Source: Chiloscyllium plagiosum (taxonomy: Eukaryota). Taken from it: 64,000 nt of DNA. The stretch lies in NCBI RefSeq assembly GCF_004010195.1, contig NC_057718.1, positions 13,309,549 to 13,373,548 on the forward strand, given 5' to 3'. The notes under the pieces were generated by a model. That model made no database searches, was not told the DNA's origin, and saw nothing but the letters and a program-made list of their open reading frames with translations. This document shows, in pieces, positions 24,983-37,590 of this stretch. A program made the translations under genes and the position numbers. How positions within the stretch are numbered: the stretch's first letter is position 1; each line of letters starts with the position of its first letter.

Positions 24983-25457
24983 CCATCCGCAGAATAGGAG
25001 AGCAGGGACAGGTCAGGTTTCGGAGACAAACGTCCCACTGTGAAGGACTCTCGATGGAGGCTGAAATCATCAATCCTGAGATTGCTGGCGGTTCCTGAGG
25101 AGATTTATGGTTGAGAGATCAGCTAAAATTAACAGTCACACCTGGTTCCACCTGATTTCGGAGAGGAGCAGTTGCAGCAATGTGCACAACCACTACTCAG
25201 GGCTTAAGGTTTCCTCTCTTTTGAGTTTGTAATGGAATCACAAATATACTTTAAATTAACGTATTGACTGTTTCACTACAAATGGTAAGTGGAAGATATC
25301 TTGGCTCATTTGCACTGTTTCTTGGTGAAACGACACAGTGACTATTAGAATACTGTCGCATTGTGTCATTATCAGTGATTGCCAGTCTGTTTAGCATTTT
25401 GGTCGCAGTGTACTTAGGAAAGATTGCACTGAGGAAATGGTATCTCACCCAGTTAAA

Positions 25458-25505
25458 TGACCACTTCAAATTTTGTCGTCTGACCACTTCAAATTTTGTC
25501 GTCTG
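25458..25505 (+). repeat. 23-bp perfect tandem duplication in the probable COA6 3' UTR
   Basis: tgaccacttcaaattttgtcgtc occurs twice. Confidence 0.9.
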
Positions 25506-25698
25506 CCCGTGATTGAGCTGTGACCAGCCAGTTATTAACTTACTTCAAAACGCATTGTCCAGATATGAGCCAGGTTTGGAAGGGCACAGAACTATGTGGG
25601 TTGCTAGCCATGGTATGCTGAGCATATTGAGAAAAATGAGCTTGAGGTGGTGCTGTTGTCCCTGATTACGCTTCAATGGAAAATCAAAGAGATCACTT

Positions 25699-25704
25699 AA
25701 TAAA
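25699..25704 (+). terminator. Candidate COA6 polyadenylation signal
   Basis: First AATAAA I found downstream of the COA6 stop, followed by T-rich sequence. Confidence 0.4.
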
Positions 25705-27935
25705 TTATTTTTAACAATCACACTCTACACTTTTAAAATTAAATTTGTTTTGCAAAACAGAATTTTCTATCAAAGAAATAGCATGATATGAGAAAATTGA
25801 CTGGTTCCAGGGTCTTCGCTCCAAACCTGAATGCAGCATAGGGATAATGCTTCCCTCTGCTGGTGTATCAATATAACACAACTGGATTCCCATCAAATGG
25901 GAATTAGTCCCTACTCATGATTAAACTGTTAAAATGTATGTTATTGAAATTTAAAAAAAAGGTTTATCCCTTAACACATGCTCATTAATGCAATAGGAAA
26001 CCAATTTTTAAAACTTTTTGAGTAATGTTAACTTCACAATTTGTGTCTTTAAATAATGTGTCTTCATTTAATGTATATATGTGGTGGAAAATATTGAGCT
26101 AGCACACCAGTTTGGAGAAATATTTAAATGATAAAGTTAAACATATGAGGGAAGTCAATTAAGCATGTTTTTGGTCTTTCAGGAGCAAGTGTCAGTCAGC
26201 ACTTTTAAATGTTGTGAGATATTTTTAAACAGCTCCTCTCACTGCTGTCACCAGTGACAGACTTACAAGTACAAACTCACTGTGGAAGGATAGAATCTGT
26301 TGGATTTCTTTTTTCACAGCCCAAGTGGGTGTAGTGCAAAAAATGTTTACGTACACTCTTATGGCTTACCAAAATCCTGCTGGCAATATGAATTGTTCTA
26401 TAGTGACCCCAAAAAAAGTTACTGCTTTGAAACTGCCTCCCCCTGTAAACATCATGTGGAAGATATGATAACCTTTTGTTCAGTTCCAGTTTCTGATGAA
26501 GGTGTTCTTAAAGAACATGTTTACCATTTCACTAAAGATAGCAACTAGAGCAAGTTTTCGCTATATGTCACAGATGCAACACGACCAGAGGGATGCTGCC
26601 AATCTCCTCCCCACCTCACTCTGGGAATAGCTGCAATTGAGTGCTTTCTCTGTGATTTTCTGCGTTGCTTTCATTTCTGTTTCTAATTCATGACTTTAAT
26701 TAACGTATTGGCAATGTCACCCCCATCATGCCCCAATTAATAGTTGTTGAATAATGAAACTTGAAGTAATTAATTCACTGGACCTCTTTAAAAAGATCAA
26801 GACCACTAAATATGGTCTGTTCCCATTTGATCCTTGGTGTGTATTCATGGAAAATCATAACTTGTATCTTCCTTCCTATGATCATGGTGGAGGTATTTTG
26901 CGAAATAAATTCTATGCCTTGTTCTCTATGTTGATTGGCCATGCTGTGTATATAACAGTGTTTTATCCTCTGGACTGTTTGCTGCTACTGCACTGTAACT
27001 GCTGGCATCATCAATGTGCGCACAGAACTGAAATCCAGTGTTAACTCTACCCATATGCACATATGGTGTCACTGACTCCAAAGGAACCCTTGACTTTGTG
27101 CCTGTCTCTCCCCCCCCCCCCCACCCCCCCACCCCCCCAAAAAAAAACAATTTGGCTCCATTTCAACAACCATGCTTGTGCTTCCTTGGTTACGCCACTG
27201 CCAGTCCCTTACCACAAATCTTGCTTGTGAACACTGGACAGCGAGACAGCGCAGTGGTGAGCAGGAGGAAGACAGCAAGGGTTCAGGATTAGGGTGGGTG
27301 AGTGTTTGGATGGGGGCAGTGAGCAACTTGCAATCCCAGAATTTGCATTAAAGCATTTCATTGCTCCTCTTTGATACAGACATGTCACTGCGCCATTGTT
27401 GCCAGTCACAGATACAACTGCATGGGCACATCGTAGCCCTAATAGTTTCGAAGCCAGAATGCAATCTTCTTTCCTTTGCTGATTTAAGTGAACAGTCCCA
27501 ATAATTCACCCCTCACTCACCAGTTCCAAGATTAAGGTTACGGAATGTCGATGAGTAAACATACCTCTGCCTTTTCTGAACTGTTCAGAAGGGTATCCTG
27601 CAGTTCTGTGTGTGTTTCTAAAAGTATTTACAGCAACAATTTTGGTTTAGAGTTTCAGACTTTTAACAAGTTTGGGATCTTAAAAATATCATCTAATTCC
27701 AGCATCTCTTGAAAGCCTTGACTGAACAAACCCCACTGCACTCTCAGACAATGCATTTCAACCCCTAACCATTTGCTGAATGCAAAAGACATTCCTTGGA
27801 CCTCCATTGTTTCTTTTACAATTAGTTTAAATCTGGGCCCCCTTGTTCTTGATCTTTACAGCAGTGGGAACAGTTTCTCCCCATCTGTTCTGTCCACACT
27901 CAACATGATTTTAAATAGAGTACCTCTATCAAATC

Positions 27936-28836
27936 TCCATAGGAGGTGTAGTTAGTAAGTTTGCAGATGACACCAAAATTGGAGGTGTAGTGGACAGCAA
28001 AGAAGGTTACCTCAGAGTACGACATGATCTTGATTAGATGGGCCAATGGAGTTGGTAGATGGAGTTTAATTTAAATAAATGTGGCGCTGCATTTTGAAAA
28101 GGCAAATCAGGGCAAGACTTATACACTTAATAGTAAGGTCCTGGGAAGTGTTACTGAACAAGGAGATCTTGGAGTGCAGGTTCATAGCTCCTTGAAAGTG
28201 GAGTCGCGCGTAGATAGACGTTTGATATGATTTCCTTTATTGGTCAGAGTATTGAGTAGAGGAGTTGGGAGGTCATGTTGCAGCTGTACAGGACATTGGT
28301 TAGGCCACTTTTGGAATATTGCGTGCAATTCTGGTCTCCTTCCTAATGGAAAGATGTTGTGAAACTTGAAGGGATTCAGAAAAGATTTACAAGGATGTTG
28401 CTAGGCTTGGAGGGTTTGAGCTATAGGGAGATGCTGAACAGGCTGGGGCTGTTTTCCCTGGAGTGTCAGAGGCTGAGGGGTGATCTTATAGAGATTTATA
28501 AAATCATGAGGGGTATGGATAGGGAAAATTGTCAAATGTCTTTTCCCTGGGGTGGGGGTGTTCAAAGCTAGAGGACATAGATTCAAGGTGAGGGGGAAAG
28601 ATTTAAAAGGGACCTACGCAAAGGGTGGTGTGTGTATGGAATGAGCTGCCAGAGGAAGCGGTGGAGGCTGGTACAATTACAATATTTAAAAGGCATTGGA
28701 TGGGTATATGAATAGTAAGGTTTGGAGGGATATGGGCCAAATGCTGGCAAATGGGACTCGAGTTATTTAGGATATCCAGTTGGCATGGATGAGTTGGACC
28801 AAAGCGTCTGTTTCCGTGCTGTACATCTCAATGACT
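27936..28836 (+). mobile_element. CR1 LINE 3' fragment
   Basis: agtaagtttgcagatgacaccaaaattgg (SKFADDTKI) through the 3' tail; ORF 28359..28571. Confidence 0.9.
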
Positions 28837-29959
28837 AACCCAATCTATACAAGCAATGGGACGTCCTCATTCCTGGAACCATTTTCATGAATCTTTTTCT
28901 GCACTCTCCCCAATATTTTCACATCATTCTGATAATGTGGCATCTACAACCAGGCATGAATCCCAGGTGAGGCCAAACCAGACTTCTATTGTGTTTTAAC
29001 GACTTCCTTACTCTTGGACTCTTTTCCCCAATAATAAAGTTTGTGGATATCACTGTAGTTATGAAATTATTGCTGTAATTCTAATGTACCTGATATTTCA
29101 GCAGATCATTGGAATGACATTGTTTTGTCAATAATTTTAGAGCAAGTATCAATCTACTTTTTCAAAATGGTTTAGTGCACAGGTACATTACCAACTTTAT
29201 TGGAACAAGTTAGATCTTCATATTTTGTTATCAGAAGCAGGGATATGGCAGCAATTATAACTTTAAAATAACACGAGTGTTTGTGGCAACCAGAAAAAAA
29301 GCCAGGTTTTACAGCCACCGGAATGATTTCCCACCAATGAATAAGAATGAACAGAAATTACGGGCTACAGACAGACACATCCTTGCAATGTTCTCCTGGC
29401 AGGCATTATGTTATCCTGTTTGAATCGAGGTGCTGATCAATTCCCATTAAACAATGTAATTCTTTTGTCAAAAACTCTGAACAGTGCAGGGGATTGATAT
29501 ATTAATTCATGTACACCCTAATACATGATGAAATTGCAGTATCATTTGTGTCTGTATTTCAAATTTTCTGCAACTCCAGGAACTGCAAAGGAACAGCAAA
29601 CTATTACTCAGTGTTATGAAGACACTTTATTTGAGGATTAGTGTTAAAGGATTGCGGTAAGTGGTGCATTTGGACACTTGAACCTTTTTGTCATGGACAA
29701 CAGGACATCTTTTCCTGAAACTATTTATTAGAAATCACATGGTTTGATTGAGTAGACAGCTAAGTTTCTTGAGCTACAAAAACAGAAATTGCTGGAAAAC
29801 CTCAGCAGGTGTGACAGCATCTGTGCAGAGAAATGAGTTAATGTTTCGGATCCAGTGACCGTCAGAATCGGACCGAATGGAATTTCCAGCATCTGCAGCA
29901 CTTTTGGTTTTTATTATGTTTGTGGAGCTGCTGGATTTATTGGAAATATACAGTCAAAG

Positions 29960-30462
29960 AGCTGCACAGTATGAAACCAGATCTTTTGGTCCAACTCATG
30001 CCTACCAGATATCCTAAATTAATCGTGTCCCATTTGCCAGCACTTAAACCCTTTCTATTCATATACCCACCCAGATGACTTTTAAATGTTGTAATTTTGT
30101 ATCTCCACCACTTCCTCTGGCAGCTCATTCCATACATGCATGAAAAAGTTGCCTCTTAGGTCCCTTTTAAATATTTCCCCACTCACCTTAAACCTCTGCC
30201 TTCTAGTTCTGGACTCCCCCACCCCAGGGAAAAGACTCTGTCTATTTACCCGATCCATGCACATCATGATTTTATAAATCTGTAAAGTCACCCCTCAGCC
30301 TCTGACACTCCAGGGAAAATAGCTCCACTCTATTCAGCCTCTCCCTATAGTTCAAACTGACCAACCCCGGAAACATCCTTGTAAATCTTTTCTGAACCCT
30401 TTCAAGTTTCGCAACATCCTTCTGTTAGGAGGGAGACCAGAATTGCACACAGTGGCCTAACC
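29960..30462 (-). mobile_element. CR1 LINE 3' fragment
   Basis: Minus ORFs 29937..30137 and 30082..30291 (DLRGNFF, VWNELPEEVV). Confidence 0.85.
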
Positions 30463-33400
30463 ACTTGTTTGAGGTTTATTGATTTGCTTCGGATATTGTT
30501 TGGAGTTTATTTGGGGCACAGCTTGCTGAGAGAGAGAAAAAAACTACCTTGTTCAACCTCGGCCTTTCAAACACTTTTGCAGAGTCCAGTGTGAGACCTG
30601 AAAAACCAATGTAAGTGTTCTGAAAGTCTGCTTAAAAGGTATTATCAATCATGATCTCTCCTGAATGAACTACGTTTGAAGACTCTGGTCATTATCACAT
30701 TGCTATTGATAGGATGTTGCTGTGCGCTAGTTGGCTGATGTATTTCCTACAAGAGTGGCAACAATTCCAAAGGACTTCATTGGCTGTAAAGCAATGTGAG
30801 GCCAGGGTGGTTGTGAAAAGTGCTGTATTAATGATCATCTTACTGAATAGTGGACAACGTTCAAGACACCATAGAACTTACTACTGGTCCTACTCATTAT
30901 GTCTTTAATTACAGTGAAAGCTTCTCTTCATCCAAAATCATAACAGAAGCTTGACAGACGGGTAGACCATTTGACACACAATATATCAGCAGCTGGACTG
31001 CTATGTTAGTGAATGTGGGGACCATCTGAATGATTTTTGAAGAAATTTTATTGTCCATTGAACTACAGTTAACCAGAAGTCATACAGTCTCTCTTAACAG
31101 GAAAGGCACAGTGAGTTACTTCAAGCAGAAACTGTTTGCACTTGTCTGAGGAATTTATCAACTTGAATTTGTCTGTACCATTTCGTTTCATGAGACTGTC
31201 ACCTGGCAACACGACCGGCATTGACCCACAGACTATTTGTAAAGATAGCATTTGGAGAAATGTTCATTGTCTTTGTACACGCTGCAATTTTCATCTTCGA
31301 TGTTTCAGGAACTGGTGTCACAGTAGTGAGAGAACACTGGAAGAATTCAACTGAGGTTCACACTTAGGCTGAGACAACAAGTCTTGTTAAATAAAACCAT
31401 GGCTTGTTTATTTTAAAAAAAAAGGCGACAACTTGCATTAATAGTATAACCTTTAATGGGGAAAAGAGGACCCAAGGTTGTAGAATCTACAGAAATTGCT
31501 GGTAAAGCTCAGCAGGTCTGGCAGCAAAGTGGAGTGAAGGCAGAGTTAATAAGAAGAAAAAAACCAACAGGAGATTTAGTCTTAAAAAACATCTAACCAG
31601 GATAAGGGATATTTTTTTAAAAGTAGAGTTAATGTTTTGGGGTTCTGTGACCCTTCTTCAGAACTGATGGCAGCTCAGAAAAAATTGGTAATTCTACAGA
31701 AGATGAGGTGGAGGGAGGGAGTAGGAGTAAACAATAAGTGGAAATAGAGTCCAAACAGAGATTAAAAACAGTCGGATAGGCAAAGGACTTAGTTAAAATC
31801 AGCTGGAATAGCTGCTAATGGGCACCATTAGTGGCTGACAATGGGTTGTGTGGATGGGCAGCCCATGTGATACAAGGCCTGGAGTGTGGGGGTTAGGGTA
31901 AGGACTATGGGAGAAGATGGTCATAATGTAGGTCATGCTTCAGCCTGATTCTAATGGGCAAGTGTGGCTTGGTGTGAGATGTCTCACCAAAAGCAAAGTG
32001 AGGAATGAGCTAAAGATTATGGAGAGTGAAGGCTGGGAGGCCTGTCAGGTAAACATTGGAGTAATTGAGTCTGGAGGTAACAATAAATATAGATGAAAGT
32101 TTAAGTGGCAGATGGTGTCAGGGAAGAAATGGTACAGAGGTGGGGATAAGCTGGTTTCTATGATAGTAAGAATATGGTTTGGAAACTTAACTAGAGAACA
32201 ATGCTATTTTGAACAGTCGGATTCAGTCTGGAACAGGAGTGTGGAGTCAATGGTGAAGATACATAGCTGGTCGTTGGGGTGGAGCAGGGAGAATACTGAC
32301 TATGATTTTAGTCTTACCAATGTTTAATTGGAGAGAAGTACAGTTAATCCAAGGCTGTGTGTCAAACAGTTCAAGAGCACAGAGACAGAAGTGAGATTGG
32401 GAGAGTTGGTGCAGGCGTAGAGCTGAATGTTAATTGGATGATATTACTTTATTCCCTTCTTTAACAGAGGTATTGTCATGTTTTAAGTCATCAATACTGT
32501 TATATCAGCAGAGAAATGCCATTTAATTAATCGATTAACTCATTAGTCTTTGACCATTAATGCTTGTGCATTGAAACATGAGCAGGCCATTCAGCTCACA
32601 ATGAAAATCAATGAACATCAGTTGCTATACTGCAGGTTCTGAACAGTCATCACAAGACTTGAACCACTTACTTATCTTACCTGAAACACACTACCAGCTG
32701 ACGAAGGAATCGTACAAACAACAAAACAAAGTGATTTTGGGTGCACAGAACTCTTTGGGCCCGATTTTAACTGTGTGACAGTTAATGATTTTTGACTGAG
32801 TTCAAGTCTTTCTCTTTGGCACAGTCTAGCACAATCCCATTGAACTGAAATATGGAGCTGGTTGCAACATCCATGTTTTGATCTCAAACCTTTAACAATG
32901 TAAGAACGTTTTCATTCTTTTGTAGCCCATTAAACAAACATGAAAACTGACAATAAAATCAGAGAATGCAGAAGAAACCCAGCAGGTCTGGCAGTATCTG
33001 TGGAGAGAGAGAAATGGATTTATGTTTTGAATCCAACGTAACTCATCTTCTGAAAAATAATTACCACATTTGCCTTTTCAGCTCTGAGGTTTGACAGAAT
33101 TCAATAGAGGGTGATGAAGATAAATGCAGGTGCCCAAATTATCTACTCCTTTACAGTGCTTCTGTTTGTTTACCTCTCGCATGTTACATGACTGTGGTTG
33201 GAGGGAGCACTAAGCATGGGACATTGACGATCTCAAGTTTCCCTCTCCCCAAACGCTGCCAGACCTGCTGAGTTCCCACAGCACTTTCTGATTTTATTTC
33301 AGATCTCTAGCATCTGCACTATTTTGCTTCCATCATGATGATTGGCTAGATGGAAAGTAGGGTTTCTTTTCATAACCATGTATGATGTAGGGGAAGAGTT

Positions 33401-33504
33401 GCATCATCTGAAACCATCTGCAAATGCTAATGTGCAGAAGATGTTAAACATAAAATGGCATCAGGTTAATGTTTTCTTGCTCTGTGCACCTATAGAGAAT
33501 GGAG

Positions 33505-34290
33505 GAAAAAACAATGACTGCAGATGCTGGAAACCAGATTCTGGATTAGTGGTGCTGGAAGAGCACAGCAGTTCAGGCAGCATCCAAGAGCAGCGAAATC
33601 GATGTTTCGGGCAAAAGCCCTTCATCAGGAATAAAGGCAGTGAGCCTGAAGCGTGGAGAGATAAGCTAGAGGAGGGTGGAGGTGGGGAGAAAGTAGCATA
33701 GAGTACAATGGGTGAGTGGGGGAGGGGATGAAGGTGATAGGTCAGGGNNNNNNNNNNNNNNNNNNNNNNNNNNNNNNNNNNNNNNNNNNNNNNNNNNNNN
33801 NNNNNNNNNNNNNNNNNNNNNNNNNNNNNNNNNNNNNNNNNNNNNNNNNNNNNNNNNNNNNNNNNNNNNNNNNNNNNNNNNNNNNNNNNNNNNNNNNNNN
33901 NNNNNNNNNNNNNNNNNNNNNNNNNNNNNNNNNNNNNNNNNNNNNNNNNNNNNNNNNNNNNNNNNNNNNNNNNNNNNNNNNNNNNNNNNNNNNNNNNNNN
34001 NNNNNNNNNNNGGGCCTTGGATAGAGGTGAGTGAGGAGGTGTGGGCGCAGGTTTTACAGTTCCTGCGGTGGCAGTGGAAAGTGCCAGGATGGGAGGGTGG
34101 GTGGTAGGGGGGCGTGGACCTGACCAGGTAGTCACGGAGGGAACGGTCTTTGCGGAAGGCGGAGAGGGGTGGGGAGGGAAATATATCCCTGGTGGTGGGG
34201 TCTGTTTGGAGGTGGTGGAAATGTCGGCGGATGATTTGGTTTATGCGAAGGTTGGTAGGGTGGAAGGTGAGCACCAGGGGCGTTCTGTCA
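33505..34290 (-). mobile_element. Young Penelope-like element fragment spanning an assembly gap
   Basis: ORF 33666..34328: RTPLVLTFHP...RKDRSLRDYLVRS...CHRRNCKTC (linker and Zn-knuckle before GIY-YIG). Hammerhead-like core at 33601-33628 (-). Confidence 0.85.
33748..34011. other. Assembly gap (264 N)
   Basis: Run of N. Confidence 1.
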
Positions 34291-34711
34291 GTATCTGACA
34301 GTAGGGGGTTGAGGTGTTGCACAGTCATTTAAATCTGCAGCAATCACTGACCAATGACAAATTGGTTTACTAAAGATAGTTTGCACACCTGCTCTGAGAC
34401 CTTGGTTGAATTCAGTAAGAATTGGTGGCAAATGTAACTTTCTGAAATCCTCATTGTGGTTTTATTTTCTGTGTGTTTGCCTCTCCCAGGCAAGGTTACA
34501 TGTCAGTGGGGAGTGGGATGGGAGTATAGGATGTAGCAGGAGGGGATGGAGCATTTAGTCTTTCCCTAAATATCAACCTTATGCAGGTAATACCCTTTCT
34601 TCTTGATTCTGTCTCTTTGATCTCGTTTCTCTCTCTTAGGCCATAGGGCCCTGTGTAAGACAGGCCCCTTGTGCTTATGGCTATGGGCTGTCAGCTGCAC
34701 CTGGAAGCAAG

Positions 34712-34832
34712 TGCATGTGTCTGCCTGTACCACCGGTGAGGGGTACATGTCTGCCTGTACCATCAGTGAGGGGCATGTGTCTACCTGTACTAACAAACAG
34801 GAGCGCATGTCTACCTGTACAATCAGTGAGTG
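34712..34832. repeat. 30-bp minisatellite (4 diverged copies) just downstream of the GPCR stop
   Basis: Core tgtct(g/a)cctgtac recurs every 30 bp. Confidence 0.85.
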
Positions 34833-34956
34833 ATACAATACCCAACCCTCTGAAAGTTCACTCATTTGCTTTGACACGTCCATGGAGTGCAGGAGGGAAG
34901 CCAAACCCAAGTGGCAGATACAAAGGTTCAAGTACAGGCGGGCAATGTTCCAGCAC

Positions 34957-36273
34957 CTATAACTCGACAACGGTGTTGCTTTCCACCTTCACTGTGATCT
35001 TTCCGAATACAAATGTGGATGTGGATTTCTCACTGAGAACTGGAGATGACAGCAACATGGTGTCCGTCTCTGGCGGCACATGCTGGGGCACATTTAAGTA
35101 GCGGGCACCAGGAATCTCGCTCTGTCGACCTCCGGGCTCTTCTGACGTCCGTTCGGGCAGGAGACAGAGCGGAGAGTCAGCTGAGGCATCGAAGGGCGAA
35201 CGATCCTGAGGGAAGGAGCTGACGGAGAAGACAGAGCAGGAGCGGGCATGGAGCCGGTGCTGAGGGCTGAGCTGGCTGATGGCAGTAGCATTGGAGCTGC
35301 TCCGCTTCTGCTCGGTGCCTGGGTTGGGCAGAAAGAGGGAGATGGCAGCACCTCCTCCTCCAGTGGCCTTGGCCCCCTCCTCTCGCCGGAGCCTCGGGCC
35401 TGTCAGCCATACCTTGGCCTCCAGCCTGCGCTGCCAATGCCGCAGGGCCTTACGGAATCGCCGGCTCAGCAGGGCGTACAGCAGCGGGTTAATGTCCGAG
35501 TTCAGGAGGGCCAGCCAGTGTACAGCGGTCACTAGAGCAGGGGGGACCCGGGAGGGCGAGGCAGAAGGGGAGGCCCGGGTATCGCTTGCTCTCAGTGCCG
35601 CTGCCTCCACAGCCCGCACCAGGCCCACAATCTCGTATGGCACCCAGCAGCAGAAGAAGGCGAAGATCACCAGGAAGAGGCGGAAAGCGCCATGGTGCTC
35701 CCGGCCCGGGGAGCCACACCGGGAGAAAATGTCGGGTCTCTTGCTCAGGCCCCCTGCCCGAGCCCTGCCCTGGGCCTGAGTCTGGGTCTCTTCACAGCCT
35801 CGTGAGTCAACACTGCAGATCAGCTGCGTAAACGTAGGCCTGTCGCTGGGCCTGTCGCCGGGGTTTCCATGGCGATGCAGTTGGCTCTCGATGTCATGGA
35901 TTCGCTTTGCATGACCCCGGGCCACCTTGACGATGCGGGCATAGCAGAAGACCATGACGGAGGCGGGCAGCAGGAAGGAGAAGATGGCCACAAAGCCCGT
36001 GTAGCTCAGGCTGTGGGCCCACTCCACCGAGCAGCTGTAACCAGCGGGAGAGTAGCCGAAGCGGCCCCAGCCCAGCAACGGCGGGCAGCTGCTGAGGGCT
36101 GACTGCAGCCAGATCCAGACCACTGTGGCAACTGTCCGGCGCACGGTGCTCTGAGAGTTATATTGCAAGCAGTCGATGATGGCATGGTACCGGTCCAGTG
36201 CAATGGCTGCCAGAGTCAGCACTGAGGCTGTGCAGTAAACTGAGGAGGTGTAACCCACGTAGAGGCACAGATC
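34957..36273 (-). CDS. Terminal coding exon (TM3-TM7 and C-tail, 438 aa) of an orphan class A GPCR, GPR161/GPR101-like
   Basis: C3.25, LAAIALDRY, TM4 WIW...PPLLGW, ECL2 Cys, TM5 FLLP...FCY, TM6 FFCCWVP, TM7 NSDINPLLY and helix-8 RRFRKAL. A polypyrimidine acceptor ...ctctctggctacAG|GAT (phase 0) lies at 36274, so the first 11 ORF residues are intronic. Confidence 0.92.
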   Translation of the reverse strand, partial: DLCLYVGYTSSVYCTASVLTLAAIALDRYHAIIDCLQYNSQSTVRRTVATVVWIWLQSALSSCPPLLGWGRFGYSPAGYSCSVEWAHSLSYTGFVAIFSFLLPASVMVFCYARIVKVARGHAKRIHDIESQLHRHGNPGDRPSDRPTFTQLICSVDSRGCEETQTQAQGRARAGGLSKRPDIFSRCGSPGREHHGAFRLFLVIFAFFCCWVPYEIVGLVRAVEAAALRASDTRASPSASPSRVPPALVTAVHWLALLNSDINPLLYALLSRRFRKALRHWQRRLEAKVWLTGPRLRREEGAKATGGGGAAISLFLPNPGTEQKRSSSNATAISQLSPQHRLHARSCSVFSVSSFPQDRSPFDASADSPLCLLPERTSEEPGGRQSEIPGARYLNVPQHVPPETDTMLLSSPVLSEKSTSTFVFGKITVKVESNTVVEL

Positions 36274-37239
36274 CTGTAGCCAGAGAGGGAGAGGGAGGAA
36301 ACACACAACAATATCAGTGCAGGTATCAATAGTGGGCTACACAGCCTCGCTGCACACCAACCAGGAACAAGGGCAGGCCATTCAACCCCCCTCTCCACCG
36401 CTCCCCCCCCCCCCCCCCAAACACACCCCCAACCAGTTTCCCCATTCAATTATATATACATTTTTCAAAGGGAAACCATTGCCCTAATTGAGTATCAGAA
36501 TAAGAGATCAACCATTTAAGACAAAGGAGGAATCTCTTTTCTCAGAGAGGATTGAGTCTGTGGAATTCTTCACTACAGAGGTCTGGCAAGGCTGGGTTGT
36601 TAAGTATATTCAAGGCTGAGGTAGACAGATTTCTAATGAGTGAGGTTATGGGAGAAAGGCAGGAAAGTCATGTCAAGGATTATCAGATCAGCCAAGACCT
36701 CATTGAAGGCCACACCTATTGGACGCTCCAGTGGGTATGGGAATATGTGTGGGGCTGGGTAGTCCCAAGGTGCTAAGTGGAAGTGAGGGAAAGTGGCATT
36801 TACAATTTGGGGACGGAGTGTGGTGGTTGCTGTCTACTGTGGAAAGGGACCCTCAAGGGAAGCCCCTGTCCACCTGCCTTTCTCGTCCAGGACCCACAGG
36901 CTTCACCAGCCCATGTCCAAGATCCAAACCCGTCAACCATCAGTAATAATTGGCCAGTGAGGGCCTTGACAGCAATAGGACAGGGCCATATTAAATTGCA
37001 GACAGGTCAGGCAGCTGGGAAGGAAGAGAGAGGGCCACTTGGAGAATTTATGGGCCCCTCCACCCAACAGCTGGCGAGAATCAAATTCTGGACCACCAAT
37101 GTGCAGTGCACAAACAGGCCACTTGGCCCAACTGGTTCATGCAGGAATTCGTCCTCCATTTCAATTTCCTCCCATCTTACATCATCTCATCTTGTCAACA
37201 GATCCTGTATTCCATTCTCCTCCATGTAATTATGGAAGG

Positions 37240-37590
37240 TCATGACCTAGTATTATCATTAGACCATTAATCCAAAAACTCAGCTGATGTTCTGGAGACT
37301 TGGGTTCGAACCTTGCGACGGCAGAAGGTGGAATTTAAATACAACAAAAAAACCTGGAATTAGGAGTCTAATGATGACCATGAATCCATTGTCAATTGTT
37401 GGAAAAACCCCTGGTTCACTAATGTCTTTTCGGGAGGGAAACTGCCATCCTTACCTGGTCTGGCCTACCTGTGACTCCAGACTCTTAACTCTTGGTTGAC
37501 TCTTACCAGCCCCCTGGGCAATTAGAGAAGGACAATAAATGCTGGCTTGGCTCGTGACATCCACATCCTTCAGTGAATACATTTAAAAAA
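37240..37590 (+). mobile_element. Second SINE family (tRNA-like head, LINE-derived tail)
   Basis: B-box-like gggttcgaacc at ~37302; tail ggacaataaatgctggc...catccacatcc resembles the LINE end at 22150-22195 (-). Confidence 0.65.

Noticed and set aside
33461..34135. Long ORFs of 220+ aa
   Set aside because: Their length is an artefact of reading through the N gap.
34712..34832. CRISPR-like regularly spaced repeat
   Set aside because: Vertebrate context, related rather than unique spacers, and no cas genes; it is a minisatellite.
35094..36203. Several overlapping ORFs (e.g. 35279..35779 +, 35869..36102 +)
   Set aside because: Shadow ORFs of the GC-rich GPCR exon with no recognisable domain.
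34957..36273. Opsin (ECL2 PPLLGWGRFGYSPAGYSCSVEW looks opsin-like)
   Set aside because: The retinal-binding Lys position, six residues before NPxxY, is Leu.
36180..36273. Aminergic receptor (CTAS...DRY in TM3)
   Set aside because: Position 3.32 is Ser, not the conserved Asp.
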